Part shown: piece by piece, positions 25,550-40,031 of the stretch | Numbering within the stretch: position 1 is the stretch's first letter | How the letters are laid out: the number at the start of each line of letters is the position of its first letter | Assembly (NCBI GenBank): GCA_017499595.2 | Contig: CM039010.1 | Coordinates: forward strand, 558,001-622,000 | Direction: 5' to 3' | DNA length: 64,000 nt | DNA from: Psilocybe cubensis | Taxonomy: Eukaryota | The notes under the pieces: model-generated | Databases searched by the model: none | What the model was told of the DNA's origin: nothing | The model's input: only the letters and a program-made list of their open reading frames with translations | Program-made: the position numbers and the translations under genes

Positions 25550-28326
25550 ATGGCTGAACAGACCATACCAATTCACCCTGTTGCACCACGTCTCAAGTCA
25601 GGTCCCAAGAAGCCCCATGTCGGTCCTCACAAGGACGATTACCACAAGGCGCACAAGGAGACTGTAGGACATGAGTCCGATAATTGGTGGGCAAGGGTGT
25701 GTAGACCAACTGTTGATGTTCATGGACAGGATCGCTGAAGTGGGTTTATGTCTCCAGCAAGCCCACGCTATGCTCCACTGGGATCGCCCTTTCAAGAACG
25801 TCCGGGCGGGCGGTTTTGCCACTGGCGACATCGTTTGGTTCCCAGAAGGTGGACTTAACGCCTCATACAACTGTGTCGACCGCTGGGCGTTCAAGCACCC
25901 CGATAAGGTAAGCCATTACATTGCGCAATCGCTCGCATCGAATTGTTTATTGATAACCGTACAGACCGCCATCATTTACGAGGCAGACGAGCCCGGCGAG
26001 GGGCGGGAGATCTCTTACGCTGAGCTCCTCCGCGAGGTGTCGAGCGTCGCCAATGTTCTCAAATCGTTCGGTGTCAAGAAGGGCGATACTGTGTCTGTGT
26101 ACCTGCCAATGACCTGGCAAACCGTCGCTGCTTTCCTTGCTTGCGCGAGGATTGGCGCCGTGCACTCGGTTGTCTTTGCTGGATTCTCGGCCGAATCGCT
26201 CCGCGATCGTGTCCAGGACTGCAAGAGCCGCGTCCTGATCACGTCGGATGAGGGTAGGCGCGGTGGAAAAACTATCGCGAACAAGGCTATCGTCGATGCC
26301 GCGCTTAAGGAGTGCCCTCTTGTCGAACATGTTCTCGTCCTCCAACGAACGGGTAACAAGGTCGCCTGGACGGAAGGCAGGGACAAGTGGTGGCACGAGG
26401 AGATCCTCAAGGTTCCCAACTACTGCCCACCCGAGGTCATGTCGTCGGAGGATCCTCTATTCATTCTCTATGTGAGTTTCACAATTTTTGCCCACCGAGA
26501 TCCTTCCTGTTCGGTTGCTGAAATAGCTATATTTTTTTCTAGACTTCTGGATCAACCGGCAAACCCAAGGGTGTTGTTCATACCACGGGTGGATACCTTC
26601 TTTGTGCAGCTCTGACGGTAAAATATGTGTTCGATGTGCACCCCGACGACAAGTTCGCATGTATGGCAGATGTAGGCTGGATCACAGGCCATACGTGCGT
26701 ACCTTGATCTGATAAACTCACATTGAGACTATTTTTAGCTGACTATCAATATCATCTCATCTCAGGTATATCGTCTATGGTCCTCTTGCGAACGGAGTGA
26801 CTACAACCGTGTTTGAATCGACCCCTGTATACCCCACGCCATCGAGATACTGGCAGACCGTGGAGAAGCACCAACTGACTCAGTTCTATTCTGCGCCTAC
26901 CGCCATCCGCCTCCTCCGCCGCCTTGGAGAGCACCATGTCGAAGGCCACGATCTGAGCAGTCTGCGCGTTCTAGGCAGCGTTGGCGAGCCGATCAATCCG
27001 GAGGCTTGGAATTGGTACAATGAACATGTGGGGAAGATGCAGTGTGCGATTGTAGATACCTTCTGGTACGTTGCGTCTCTAGTGTTTCCGAGAGGGTCAT
27101 GGGTTCAGAAGGCTAAATTGCGATATTTTTCCTTCTTTTCTTTCGTAAAGGCAAACGGAGACCGGGTCCATTGTTGTTACCCCATTCCCTGGTGCTATTG
27201 AGACTAAGCCTGGATCTGCTACGGTTCCATTCTTCGGTATCGAGACTGCTATCCTTGACCCCGTAACTGGTGTGGTGAGTAATGCTTATTTCCTTTCTGT
27301 TTGATTGATTTCGTAGTGTTGTTAAATGCTTTCTTCTTTTGTTGCATTCAGGAATTGGAGGGCAATAACGTGGAGGGAGTTTTGGTATTGAAGCACCCAT
27401 GGCCATCAATTGCGCGAACAATCTATCAAGATCATAAACGCTACCTCGAGACATACATGCAGGTAAGGAAAAATGAAGTTACATTTTTATGCATCCGGTG
27501 TCGCTGTTTACTCATGGAAACTTTTTTTACATTGTAGCCATACCCCGGGTACTTTTACACTGGAGATGGTGCTGCGAGAGATGAGCATGGTTATATCTGG
27601 ATCAAGGGCCGTGTTGACGGTACGTTTGTTTCATTTCGGCTCTAGCCTTTTGAGTTGTGTTAACGAGTGAGTTCTTCCGTGGTCAGATGTTATCAATGTA
27701 TCCGGACATCGGCTGTCGACTGCTGAGATTGAGTCGGCGCTTATTCTCCACAAGGGTGTTGCTGAGACTGCCGGTGCGTGTGTATTTGTTGCTGATGGCC
27801 GATACCCCACATGCTGATTGTTCCGTTATCAATCTAGTTATCGGAACTGCCGATGAACTGACCGGACAGGCTGTCTATGCTTTCGTCACCTTGAAGCCGT
27901 GAGTTCCTTTTTAACACCTTTCGTTTTTCAGAACGGACAACTGATGCTATGGTAATAGTGAATTCGCCTTCGATCCCGCTGACGAAACAAGCCTCGTCAA
28001 GGAACTCGTCCTCCAGGTCCGCAAAGTCATCGGCCCCTTCGCCGCCCCCAAGAAGATCTATATCGTCTCTGACCTTCCGAAGACACGTTCAGGAAAGGTG
28101 CGTTTGCGTCCGATGAACGGCGCTATCTGCTTAGCATTGCTTGTAGCTGTGACTGACGCCATACTTTGCCTTGCTTTTTTTCCGCGTTTTATTTATCCTA
28201 TAGATCATGAGACGCATTATGCGCAAGATCGTTGCGGGAGAGGGTGATCAGCTTGGCGACCTTAGCACTCTGGCTGAGCCGGACGTTGTTGAGGTCATCA
28301 AGAAGAAGGTCGCTGATAGCGCCTGA
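25550..28326 (+). CDS. ACS1: Acetyl-CoA synthetase (AMP-forming)
   Basis: [76 protein letters not shown] and PKTRSGKIMRR. Stop TGA at 28324-28326. Confidence 0.97.
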
Positions 28327-29649
28327 CTAGCTCTACCCACCAAGCCATCGACTTCGACCTCACCTTCCAAGTCCAAGTTGACTGCGCCTGTGTCCGTTCC
28401 CGTCTCCACGCCTGCTCCTTCGACTATACCTTCCTCTCCTCGATATAGCCTAATCGTTGTCGGATGGCGCCGCTTCCTTTCTTTCTTTTTCTCTCTCTCC
28501 GTAGTCTTTCTGTTTGCTGTTTTGTTCGGTTTCAATTCGTGAAGTGTCCCTCCATTGTATATCTATCGCAGTGTGTCCAGGATTTTAGTTTGTAGTGTCC
28601 CCTTTCCTTTCCCTTTGATCTTTCTCTTCGACTCTGTACGCTACATGTAGGGTGGACGGAGGGAAGGGCAGGGGAGGAAGGAGAAACGACGTCTAGCGAG
28701 TGCGAAAAAAAAGTCGACATACCATGTAAAATAATGTATATGCTGCAGCCTAGATCAAATCATTCATTTGTTCTTTCGTGTTTTGTTGTGTGATGCGGCT
28801 TTTGAAGCCGGATACTTTAAATATAAGCGCCCGGCGGTCCCGTACATGACATTTATTTTTCCAGTTTTTTCCAGCAGGAAGATTAAAGATAAATACTGAA
28901 TACTGTTAGGATTTTTGATATTAACAGTTCCTGGTTTGTTTTTGAAGTTCCTTTAATTTGGTGTGTTCACCTTGACAATGAGTGATTTGACCTCCAAACG
29001 TTGGAAATGTCAAAATTGCATCTGCCTCTCTACAAATAATCCCATAAATTTATTGCCGTTTTTTACAGTGTATAGATGACCATTGTACCCTTTAACAAAT
29101 CACCAAGGTCTGCTCACTGTTAGATTTAGGCTTTCAAAGGCTCACTGGGCAACTTGTGGGCCTTTGATCAGTTTCTTGGCGTCGGCGGGTAAGCGGACCG
29201 GCGATGTGTAAATCACGCGTTTTGTTGGATGAAGCGGGTTTGCAACGGAGTAGCATCGTTCTACTATCATACCTTTTACCAGCATTCTACCTCCATCTTT
29301 TTCGTTATCGGACGCGAAAGGTGCACCCAAGAACTGATATTTATAATCAGTCTATTCGTGGTCCCAAAATTTGCCTGTATCTGGCGCAATTTGCAGCCAG
29401 CTCATTGGCTTGTTCCAGGTGTGATATTTTCTATCATATGTGTCACTTTATCAACAGCTTATGTTGGCGGCGGGCGCTAGCAAAGGCTCTGTCTTTGATC
29501 TAGGGACAGTTTGGGTATTAATGCGTCTTTTTGGTGTCCTTTGATATTGCGGGCGATACAACTGTGAGTGGTTACTTGTGTCCACATGGTCTCCGAACGA
29601 GCTCAAAGGCCTTGTTCAAAGCAGGCTTTCTTCATTTCATTTCATTGTG

Positions 29650-32389
29650 ATGTCCCAAACGCAACAAATTCACAGACGCAAGTCGAGCAAAGACGAGGAT
29701 GATATTCCACTTCCAACGCCCCCGCCGACTGTTGAAATTTCGGTGCCAGAAGAGCACGAATTGCCATCGGTAACCATATCAGCGCCCCCACCGCGCACGC
29801 GGACACAATCCACACCGCACCAATTCAGTCACAATCGAAACTCCTCCATATCCTCGTCGACGACGGGGAGCACCAACCCGCCCTCAGCAGGTCCATTCCG
29901 AACGAGTTTTGCACCGCGCCCGTTGAATGGTCATTCATTGCCCTCACCGTACAGGTCCTCGTTCTCGGCTCCTATGCCACCTCAGCTGAATGGCCATTCA
30001 CATTCGCGCACGCGGTCCATATCCACCCCCTTTTCTCCGGTTTCACCGTCTCCTCTGTCGTCTTCTTTCCCTATGAGCTCTTCGAGCCCCGGAGTGTCGA
30101 GTGCTGGAAGTACCATACCGTCAAATATGTCCGTATCGCACTCGGCTCCCGAATCTGTGCAGCAACAGCAAGCAGATGGCAGCCAGCCAGCACCGTCTAC
30201 AACGTCAGCAGCAACAGCGGCGGCCAAGGAGAAGCGCAGGCATTCGAGGATGCACTCTCGTAATCTGTCGGTGTTCTTTCCCCGGCCTGGATCGATACCC
30301 CATAGCACGATATCCGAAGACGGCTCGCAGGAGGTCGAGTTTGGTGGACCACAGGAGCAGGAGGCAACGCTGATACCGTCTGCAGGGTCGAGCGTGAGCA
30401 TACCTGGCTCGCGGCGGTCGATGCACCAGCCAGTCACGCCGCTCGGACAGGGCTTCACGTTTGGTGCACGGCCGCCCTCGAGCCTCCCCACTCCTGAATT
30501 CATGACGGCTCCCCGCACCTCCTCCACGAGCACCTCGTCTGGCACATCCAAGCGCGGACACCACCACAAGCACTCACTCTCGCACAACTTTTTTTCGTTC
30601 CTCGAGCCTGGCAGCACAGGTGCAAGTCGCGAGGAAGATCTACATACTAATCCGACGCCAACTCCCATCTCGCCGTGGGGCCCCATATCTTCTTCATACC
30701 CCGACTCCGCGTCCGCGACGCAAAGCAAGTTCGGACTTGCCCAAACCCAGACACACTCACAGACAAACGGCCACGCGGTGCACTCTCGCCTGCCGCCGCA
30801 TTCAGAGCCCCCGGCGATTTCGTCGGCGGCAGTGGTGGCAGCATCGAGTCAGTTCGTGCTAGGGGCGTGGTTGTGGGTTGTCGGGCAGCAGGTTGGATCG
30901 CTTGCATGCACAGGGCTCGGATATTGGGTTGTTTTTGATGCATTTGGTGTTGCACTGGCGGGTGTCGTGCCGGGCTGGCTTGCCTCGGGGTCTGGGTCAC
31001 TGAAGGAGAGGGAGAAGGTCCGGAGACCGTATGGGTGTGTGCTGCTTCGCTGTTTTCTTATCTACCCTTTTTTTTTGACATTTGTGTTTTTTTCTCGTAT
31101 GTTTAGAAATGGACGGGTGGAGACTGTGTTGATGTTTGCTCAGGCGGTGTATTTAGTCTTCTCGTCTGTTTATGTATGTAAAGAGACGGTCGAACATCTG
31201 CTGCTGAGCGCAGGTGGCGGAGAGGGCCACCATCACCACCATGGAGATGAGGAGGAGGGCTTGGGGTATGTTTTGATTTACTTGTAATCACATTTGTTCA
31301 AAACTTACTGACTTTACAATTATTTACACCAACAGCATTGATTTCCCTATCATTATGACCTTTATTACATTCATTTCACTTCTAGGAACTGCAATCTTTT
31401 TCGAGAACAACGTTAAAATACTGAATAGTACGTTGCCCACTTCATTTGATCATCATGATCACTTATTCACTTTTTTGTTGTGTTTGTGTGTATGTCTTTT
31501 TTATGAATCAGTTACCGGAAACCGTATACCATCGATTCCCTCACTAATTCGCTCTGTGTGGTCGCCATCGCGGCATAACCACGACCCACCGCCGACATCT
31601 CCCGTCGCCCAAATTGCGTCGAATCCGTTCATTGCAAGCCCGCTCTTTTTCTGTGTTTCGATTTTGGCCGTTGCGCTGTTTATACCACCGTGCGTCTCGT
31701 TGTCTTTTTTGTTTTGTTTAGGATTTGTGTCTGATGTCAATTTGCCATTTTATCTTTCAAATTTTCTTTTTTGGGATGATGACGACAGGGTACAGCACCG
31801 GATGGCCGACCTGGTGTTGGCGTTCATCATTGCGGCTTTGACGTTCAAGGTCGCGTATGGCGCGTCTACTGTGCTTGGCACGGTTCTCCTTCAGACGAGT
31901 CCCCCTCGTGGGCTCTCCAGCGGAAAAATGGAGTCATTCCTACGCGCCATGCGTGAGGTACGTTTGTATAACTGATTAGAGTCCCCCCTTTTCAACCCCA
32001 CTAACGTATATTCTTTGTCTATCTGTTTTTCCTTCAACATTATCCAGGTCGAACGCCATCCACAAGTCGTCCATCTCCCAGCACCACACATCTGGCAGCT
32101 CACCCCAAGCTACGCGCAGTCCGCCACCTCCCATTCATCGTCATCCTCCCTGCATTCACCAACATCGACGACGTATAAACACCACGCGCAGTCGCAGCCG
32201 GAGTCGCTGGTGGTGACGCTTGAGCTGCACGTGCGACATGATCTGGGCGACGACGACGTGCTGAAGCTGACGCGGTGGGCGTGGGAAAAGTGTGTGAGTG
32301 CGATTGCGCCGGCAGGCAGCGCAAGGGATTATAAGGAGATGGGCGAGGAGGGTGCGCCAGAGGTCACGGTGGGTGTTGTGAGGGGATGA
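29650..32389 (+). CDS. ZRG17: Cation-diffusion-facilitator family zinc transporter subunit, Zrg17-like
   Basis: Long Ser/Pro-rich N-terminus with RRHSRMHSRNLSVFFP and GHHHKHSLSHNFF. Transmembrane region LGYWVVFDAFG, RRPYGNGRVETVLMFAQAVYL, KETVEHLLL. His-rich loop GHHHHHGD. C-terminal VLLQT...HIWQLT. Confidence 0.8.
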
Positions 32390-32797
32390 CGGGGGTCGTA
32401 CGTGTTTAATCAGTGATTGGATTTGGGTATAAAGAAAAATGAAATTTGGTTATGGATGGATGGGTGGTTGTGTTAGTTGTTCGGTCTTTTCGATGTGCTT
32501 TCATCGCGTATTTTGCTTTTGCTTTGGTGCGATTAGGAAGGTCACTGCAATTTGGTTGCTTGAAAAAAACTGAAAGTCATGCCCGTCGGTCGGTGGTGAT
32601 ATATTTGAATCTCATAATTCTCAATTTTCAAAGTCTGTATGGAAAAGTTGGTTGAGCGAAGAAAGCTGTCTTGAAGTTGAATATGCAGTAAACATTAACG
32701 ATACCAGCCTTAACGCATCAATTAGATCAGTACAGGTTGCCTTCTTAAATACCAAGTTCGAGGTCAGTGCACATTATATTATATTTAAGATACAAAA

Positions 32798-34570
32798 TTA
32801 GATGGTACAGAACTGAGAAGATGGAGGGCGGCACGTTTCGTCCAATCTAGTACTTTGGCATAGTTTAACCATACGATCAATGGATTCCCAACGGCAAAAA
32901 TCGCTCTCATCCTTGGAAACTTCAATGCGTTTAAGATTGGGGAAAAGTATGTTAAGATGACGTGCGATATCGAGAAGTCTTTGTTCCTCCATCGCGAAGG
33001 CGTTGCTAACGGCGTTAGATTTGCCGACGTGCAGGATTTCTAACGGATGAGCCAACAGATTACTGTTGCCTGCCGAGGTGTTTGAGTATTGAGGAACATG
33101 ACTACATAGGTCGATTCCGCAGCGGAAAGAGATGAGCCTAGGGAACGTCTCTGCAACCCGACGCAACGATTCAAACGTGAGGTACGAAGAACCTTTGTGG
33201 AGAGGAAGGTGGAGCTCCTTGAGCTTGGTTAATTTCTTAGAGGATAACGAATCGAACGGCGTGAAGTTCAAGCCGATACCAGATATATCCAATTTCTCCA
33301 GATTTTGAGGCTTTAGCAATATTTCGAGATCTTCACTTGAAAGCTTTGGGAATGCTGCAGCCGCTGCAGTCTTCTTCTTCTTTTGGGACTTAGAGCTAGA
33401 GGGGAAGAAATCATTTTTTTTCAATGACCTCTTCAGGCAATTGGAGAGAAATATTGACAAGGGTGTTTGCCCACTTCCCGGTGCTCTGCTTGAATAACTC
33501 CAGAGACGATATGACTTTATCAGCGAGGGAACCTTGTTCAGGAATAAGGTCAAGAGAAATGCTTTGCATATTTTTAGAGTCGATGAGACTGAGTAGATCG
33601 TCCATAATCTTTAGCTGTGAAGTGACACTAAGGGTTTTCAGATTTATGAACCATGAAGTAAGGAAGCCCGGTTTTGATGTAGTGCTTGCGGCATCGTCTT
33701 TTTTCATGTCGCCCCCGAATATCGCTGGGTTCATCCGTCGATCTGACCTGCCCACGTACTGTGTGCTCCATTTAACATCCAGCTTTAATGATTCAAGTTC
33801 CATCAGGGTTCCCAAAGTTTGTAGTACATCACAGGATTGTAGGTCCATGCAGTCAGTGATGTCTAAATGCCGAAGTTTTCCAAATTTAAACCAAGTTGGC
33901 AACCAATCAGCGGGTGTACATCCAGACCCAAAGGATAAGTGAGTTAACAAGGGGGCTTCATCCGCCAGAGATGATAAGAAAACCAAGATATTTTCGTGAA
34001 AGGGCTTTTGAACATTCGATATCTCCACCGATCTGAGAGACGGTGTGAGGAACAAGGGCAATTGACATAGAGTCGTCGTAGCGCCATCTATCTTCAAAGT
34101 TTGAAGGGATGAAAGAAGTGGGCCTCGTTTCTCCTGGCCGCAGATGTACGCCAGGCGCACAATAGACCCAGGGTCGATAGATTTTGGACGTTCACTTCCA
34201 GCGTCCTCCTTCAGAGTGAACTGACCAATGTTTTCGGCATACGAAAGCACTTTCTTTATGACATCTCCCTTGATGTTACCACCACGTAGAAACTAAAACG
34301 AATGCCCTATAAGATGATAATATAAATGAATGGTGATATAACTTACATAGACAGATACCAATGCTTTATTGAAAAAATCCGTAGAAAAGTATCCTTGTCC
34401 AAATTGAGAGAATAGCGGGAATAAGGAATCAACTGCTAGCAATTTAGGCTTCGAATTGTTGGCTGCAGAATGGATTGGATTGATACAAGCTGACTTAAAT
34501 CACTGACGAGAAATTCGTGCTTACGTGCAATGAAATTTTTCTCGGAGTCTGTCACAAAAAATGACTGCAT
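32798..34570 (-). pseudogene. LRR/RNI-like basidiomycete protein, copy 1; frameshifted at an A8 run (pseudogene or sequence error)
   Basis: Three-exon model: MQSFFVTDSEKNFIA / LLAVDSLFPLFSQ..VY / FLRGGNIKG... The frame breaks at the T-run 33414-33421 (EVIEKK* versus EKNDFFP in the shifted frame), with no intron signals there. Collinear with copy 2. Confidence 0.75.
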
Positions 34571-35085
34571 GTTGTTGTGGCATATAACTTATTCAAGTTA
34601 TTGTCGCGGTCGAGGAAATGTGTTAGCTAGCACTGGGTACAAGTCAGGAGCCTATAGAAGAAAGCATACAACTCAACGTAAGTAAGCATCCCTTCCAGTA
34701 AGTTGAATTGAAATACCTGAAATCACTCAAGGAACGTGCTTTAACGACAGAGTAGAAGGAAGAAAAGTAGGAGCCACGAGTTGTAGACTGGCTAGGGCTC
34801 GACTCGATCAGGTGACCAAGAAAAAAGGTTTTTGAATGCGTGTCGGCGCGACTTGAACAAAGACACCTTGAAAGACAGAGTCCGCTGTGCTAGACCACGG
34901 TGCCACCTGGTCCTCTACCGACATTGGATGAACCAGTAAGCTTAGTTTCCGTTTAAACATTCTCATAACTTAAACCGCGAAAATTCTAGGCAACCATTTA
35001 CAACCATTTGCAAATGCCGTGAGTCCGAGGTACAGGGAGTAAATTATATACTACATGTACGATAGTCTAGCTTAAAAACCATAAT

Positions 35086-36785
35086 TTAAGAAGGTGGAGG
35101 ACGTCGCTTTTCGTCTACTACAGCAATTCGGCATAGTTTAACCAGCCGGTATATAGATTTCCAATAGGAGAAGTCATCAACGCCTTCTGCAATAATATCT
35201 TCAAGATTGGGGAACAAGATGTTGATGTGACGTGCAATATCGTGCAGCTTTTCTTCATTCACTGTGGATTTCTCTTTGACGAAATTGGGATCCGTGACGC
35301 AGAGAAATTTTAGCTTATGAGTCAGTGGATTGTTAGAGGCGGAAGTGTCGGAAGATTGGGGAACTGGGCTACAGAGGTCGATTGCGCATCGAAGAGAAAC
35401 AAGACTGGGGTACGTCTCCGCAATTTGTCGCAGTGACATTAGTGGTATGCCAACTGAGTCATTGTGCACAGGCAGCTGGAGCTCCTTAAGCTTCGTCCTA
35501 CAGCCAGACTCGGAGAATATATTGGCTGGTATGAAGTCCATACCGATCCCAGATATACATATTTGTTCCAGGCTCTGGGATTGCAATAAGACTTGGAGAA
35601 CCTCACTTGGAAACCTAGGAGAACTTGAAGCCGTAGCCGTCTTTTTGGATGCAGAGGACGATGCAGGAAAAGGTTGTTCAATTATCTGTTTCGGAAATTG
35701 GAGAGAAATGTAGACAAGAGTGTTTTGCCACTCCTTAATGAAATGTTTCATCAGCTTCAGAAATAATTCGACGCTTTCAGAATGGGAAATTTGAGGATGG
35801 TGAGTGAGGGAAAGAGAAAGGAATTTCATATTTTTGGAGGTAATGAGATTGAGAAGGTCGTGAATGATATCCAGCTTCAACACGGCAATGAGTGACGTCA
35901 AACAAACAAATGTGTCTCGAGAAAACTTGTAATTCGCAAGGCTTGGACCCCCGAAGATAGCGGGTTGCATTTGAAGCTTTGGAATGTACTCTGTGCTTAT
36001 TGGGACATTGATTTTGAGTGATTCCAATGCTTTGAAACCCCCAAGGGTTTGAATACAATCGTAAGATTTGAGCTGCACGCTTTCAACGATCTCTAAGTGG
36101 CTGAGTTCCTTGAATTTTGAACACAAGTTTAACCAGTCCGTCGGGACAGGCCCTGGTCCAAAGGATATGTGAGCTAGCTTTGAGGCTTCTTCTGCCAGAG
36201 TTGATAAGAAGATGGAGATTGATTCATGATATATCACGTCGACGTTCGTTAACTCGAATGTCCTAAGAGACGGCGTGAGGAAGACATTTAATTGATTCAG
36301 AGATGTCCCAGCACCATCTATCTTCAAAGTGTGAAGGGATGGGAAGAGGGGTCCAGGGTTCACTTGACAACAGAGAGCAATCAAGCGCAGAAAAGAGCCT
36401 GGATGAATAGACTTTTCGGGTATCGTTCCAGTTCCGGAAGTCAAGTCCTTCAACGTAAACTGGCCAATGCTTTTGGCGAATGTAACAACTACGTTTATCG
36501 TGTCTTTGTCAATGTTACCACCGCGCAAGAACTGTGGACACATATCGTATGAGATAGTATTTTAGGTATAGAGCATAGACTTACGTAGACGTTAGTTGCC
36601 TTAGGAACTAAGAGTGTCGGAGAGAAGTGTACTGGCCCAAAGAGGGAAAATAGGTCAAAAAAGGAATCAAGTTTTACCAAACTGGAGTGTGAAGTATTGG
36701 CTAAAAACTTGTAATCAGCGGGTTTTATTTTACCAATCATCTAATGCGTACATGCAGAGGAATTTTTCTGGGCGGAAGGCTCCAT
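35086..36785 (-). CDS. LRR/RNI-like basidiomycete protein, copy 2 (3 exons)
   Basis: MEPSAQKNSSA / SNTSHSSLVKLDSFFDLF..NVY / FLRGGNIDK... Recurrent LxxLxL units, PLFPSLHTL, FLTPSLR, and C-terminal IARHINILFPNL...W. Confidence 0.85.
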
Positions 36786-37337
36786 GTCTCTTGTGGCATA
36801 CGACACTTTTATGGTCGGTGACCGTTAGTAAGAAAATCAGGAACTGGAGACAATTTGGCGAACCGTTTCAATGAATGGAGTGAGAGATTATATCAGATAT
36901 GCTGGGGAAAGTATTTGGAGAATGGAGTAGTGTTGAGTAAAAGTGGCAGAGGTTTGAAGTAGTTGTTGTGGAAGAAGCGACGAAGTGGACCTTGTGTCAA
37001 TATAAAGGGCATCGGGAATTTCCGATCAAACAGACTGAATGACCCCTTTGTGGAATCGAAGAGCCACAAAACCTTGGGCCAACCGCCAATCTGTGCCTTG
37101 CGCCAGAAATTTGGGGTCCTAACCACGACGTATCAACCCTTTCAATGCACTTGGATTGATTTAGGAGCTGCTTTTTATTTAAACTTAATTGAAGAAAAGA
37201 CATTCGCGCCAAACCTTCTTTCTGATTGGGCGCTTCTTAGTACATATTGATGCTATCATACTGGCATAAACGTTGTGGTAGAAACTATACTACCATGAAA
37301 GATAACTGATAAGAGCTGGATAAAAGAAGATAAGAGA

Positions 37338-39051
37338 CTAGATTATAGGAGCACGATACAAGTCGTCGAGTCTCACTGTCTGAAGAAGCTTCAGAGATTT
37401 GGAAATCTTTTTCCAGGGAGAAAAGGGAGAGATTAATGTAAGATTAGGAAAAAGAGAATTGACGTAGCGCGCAACGTCGGCATGCTGTACTGTCGATGGA
37501 AGATTCGAATCGACAGGATCAAGAAGGAGACGGTTTAGCCCATGAGATAAAGCGCTACAATGAGGCGGAAAGTCTTCTGTGCGGGGTAATCCTGTACTAA
37601 ATTCGATTCCACAAGCAAGGCTGAGAAGATTTGGGAAGGCGAGTGCAATTTCTCGCAAATTAAGCAATTGCAAACAAGGTGTATCGTTATTGACCGGAAG
37701 GTCAAGATATTTGAGTGTCGTCTGTCTTGTAACGAGCAACATACGGAGTGCTGCGTATCCTAGACTCAATCCCGAAATGCTGAGTCGGGTCAGATTTACT
37801 GGGGATACGAGATTTTGAGCAAGGGTCGCAGGTATGTTCGGATATATGATGACTCTAGCTGTCTCATTAGCTGGTGCCGTAGGAGTCGAATTGGGTCGTG
37901 AATACATTCGCTGATTGAATTGCAGACTGATATCTTCGAGACTATTGGTCCACTTGGTTAAGCATTGATCGATAAGACCTAGATACTGAGAGGCGTCGTG
38001 TTGCAGAGAATTTGGAAAAGATATCAAATGCAAGGTCAACTTCTGAAGTTCCCGAGAGCCGATGAGAGACAGTAGATCTCTAGTAAGCTCCACGGATCCC
38101 TCGATAGAGAGTTGCTTTAAACGGGAGTACCTATTCGTAGGTACCATGGTGTGGGATGATAAACTAGGTGGCACACCGTTCCTCCATGCTCTTCGAGGGA
38201 GAGGTGCTATAATCCTTTCGTTCACAGGAATCGATGTCCTGTCTCGATAAAGTTTGGCCAGTGTCGCATCGAGCTCGAAGGAGTTAAGGAGCGGAAGATC
38301 TCCCAAAATCGTGAGGAGATTATATTCAAGCGCAGTATCAGATTCGTATACAATCTTCAAGGTGTGGAGTTTGTCGAACTTTGGGCATGCTCTGCACCAA
38401 TCAACACAAATGGTCCCCGGCCCCAAGGTTACTTCACCCAGATTGGATTCATTGCCAAACTCCGTCAAAGTTTCAAGAAAATTTGAAACGATGACATGAT
38501 CTTGTTCAGGGATATGGACCACTTCAAGCGTCTGGAGTGAAGGCGTCAAAAATAAGCCCAAGTGATCAAGAGATGCTGGGCCATGGAGACGCAAGGATCG
38601 AAGAGAAGGGAAAAGGGGCCCAGGTGAAGCCTGGCTCAAGAGATGAACGAGTCGTAGGTATGCTCCAGGATGGATATTCTGCACGGGGCCACGTTCGTTG
38701 GACTCCTTAAACGTATACTCGTGAACGCCTCGGAGGTAGGAAGAGACATTTTTGACAACGTCTGGTGGGATTTCTCCATGCAGAAGCTGAGATAAACATG
38801 ACTGAGATTGGATTGCGGGTACGTGTATGAAGTATAGGAAAAGACTTACATAGACATCATCTCCGTCAAGTCTTTGTGCAATCAGATAATGTGGACCGAA
38901 CTCAGAGAAAATTGGATGAAAAGAATCAATAGCCAGTGGTGTGGAATCACCGCCGGGGGCTAAAAAACATGAATTAGAATATCATGATAACACTCAGACA
39001 TAACTAAAGCGTACCCGTAGAGCTACCTTGATGGATAGATTGGGTTTCCAT
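37338..39051 (-). CDS. LRR/RNI-like basidiomycete protein, copy 3 (3 exons)
   Basis: METQSIHQGSST / APGGDSTPLAIDSFHPIF..DVY / LLHGEIPP... PLFPSLRSL, LFLTPSLQ, VARYVNSLFPNL. Intron phases match copies 1 and 2. Confidence 0.85.
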
Positions 39052-40031
39052 GGTATATGGATAGGCGACGGTCAGTGTTGGAATTTGAACTCGCTTCGCT
39101 TTAACTTGTGTTTGCTATGTTAACAAACTCGTTGGACTTGAACGAAGTGAGTTGTGGTTCCAGACGGAGGTCAAACCAAAGGATTATGCCGTCCATAGCG
39201 TTTGACTGGACCTTTAAGACACGAAGGAACAAAGGGATCGATTCTGACAACAACTGCGGTCTTTCAGTCTTTCATCTGATGATACAAAGAAAGAAATAGG
39301 CTCGTACCCCAGCCGTTTGGACTCCGCCGGTCCCTGTCTTTTCGCACTCCGATCAATGTTTGACAACTAAGCTTGAAATAAATACAACATTTGCACGGAC
39401 TCACAAACATATCACTCGGTGCGTATTTGCTTTGTATACAGAAGAGACGAAGGTTAAGCAAACCAAGTCTAGGAAAAATAGTTTTAAATGTCCAGGTCAT
39501 GATACTTTAGGACAAATATTATTTTATCATGTAGCCGCTATGCCGTTTTAAATCTCCGATTCATCATCATTGATTGACCGGAATAACTTGTGGCGCCTGA
39601 GGCGCGCGTTGCATTTCTTGCTCATTCACATTCCGCCGTTTCATTCACCTTGCACCGCGATACCCGTACCTTGCTCTACATCAATGTCAATGGAACGACA
39701 AGCGTACTCTCCATCTTCCAACGTATCAATGACACATCCATCCACATTTGGCACGTCCACGCTTAGTCCTTCGAGAGTGGCGCGCCCCCCGTTGCGTAAA
39801 TCCTCATGAGTCATGAAGACTATTCGCCTTTAAAGGCGCCGAAGGCTTATATTCAGTTCAACCATGAAAGGCGAAACAAATTCAGGGGCAAAGGGGATTT
39901 ATTCCCGTCAACGAATGGAAGTGTACTGCTTTTGCATCTGACTACCACATTCTATCCTTTCACTGTCTGCAAATCTGGATTGTTGATTGTTCTCCTCCAA
40001 GCTTGTCATTCATTTCAACGATCGCTTTGAC

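Noticed and set aside
29982..30728. 248-aa antisense ORF inside the Zrg17-like gene (also antisense ORFs in ACS, NDUFS1 and 6077-7210)
   Set aside because: Expected shadow ORFs of GC-rich coding sequence.
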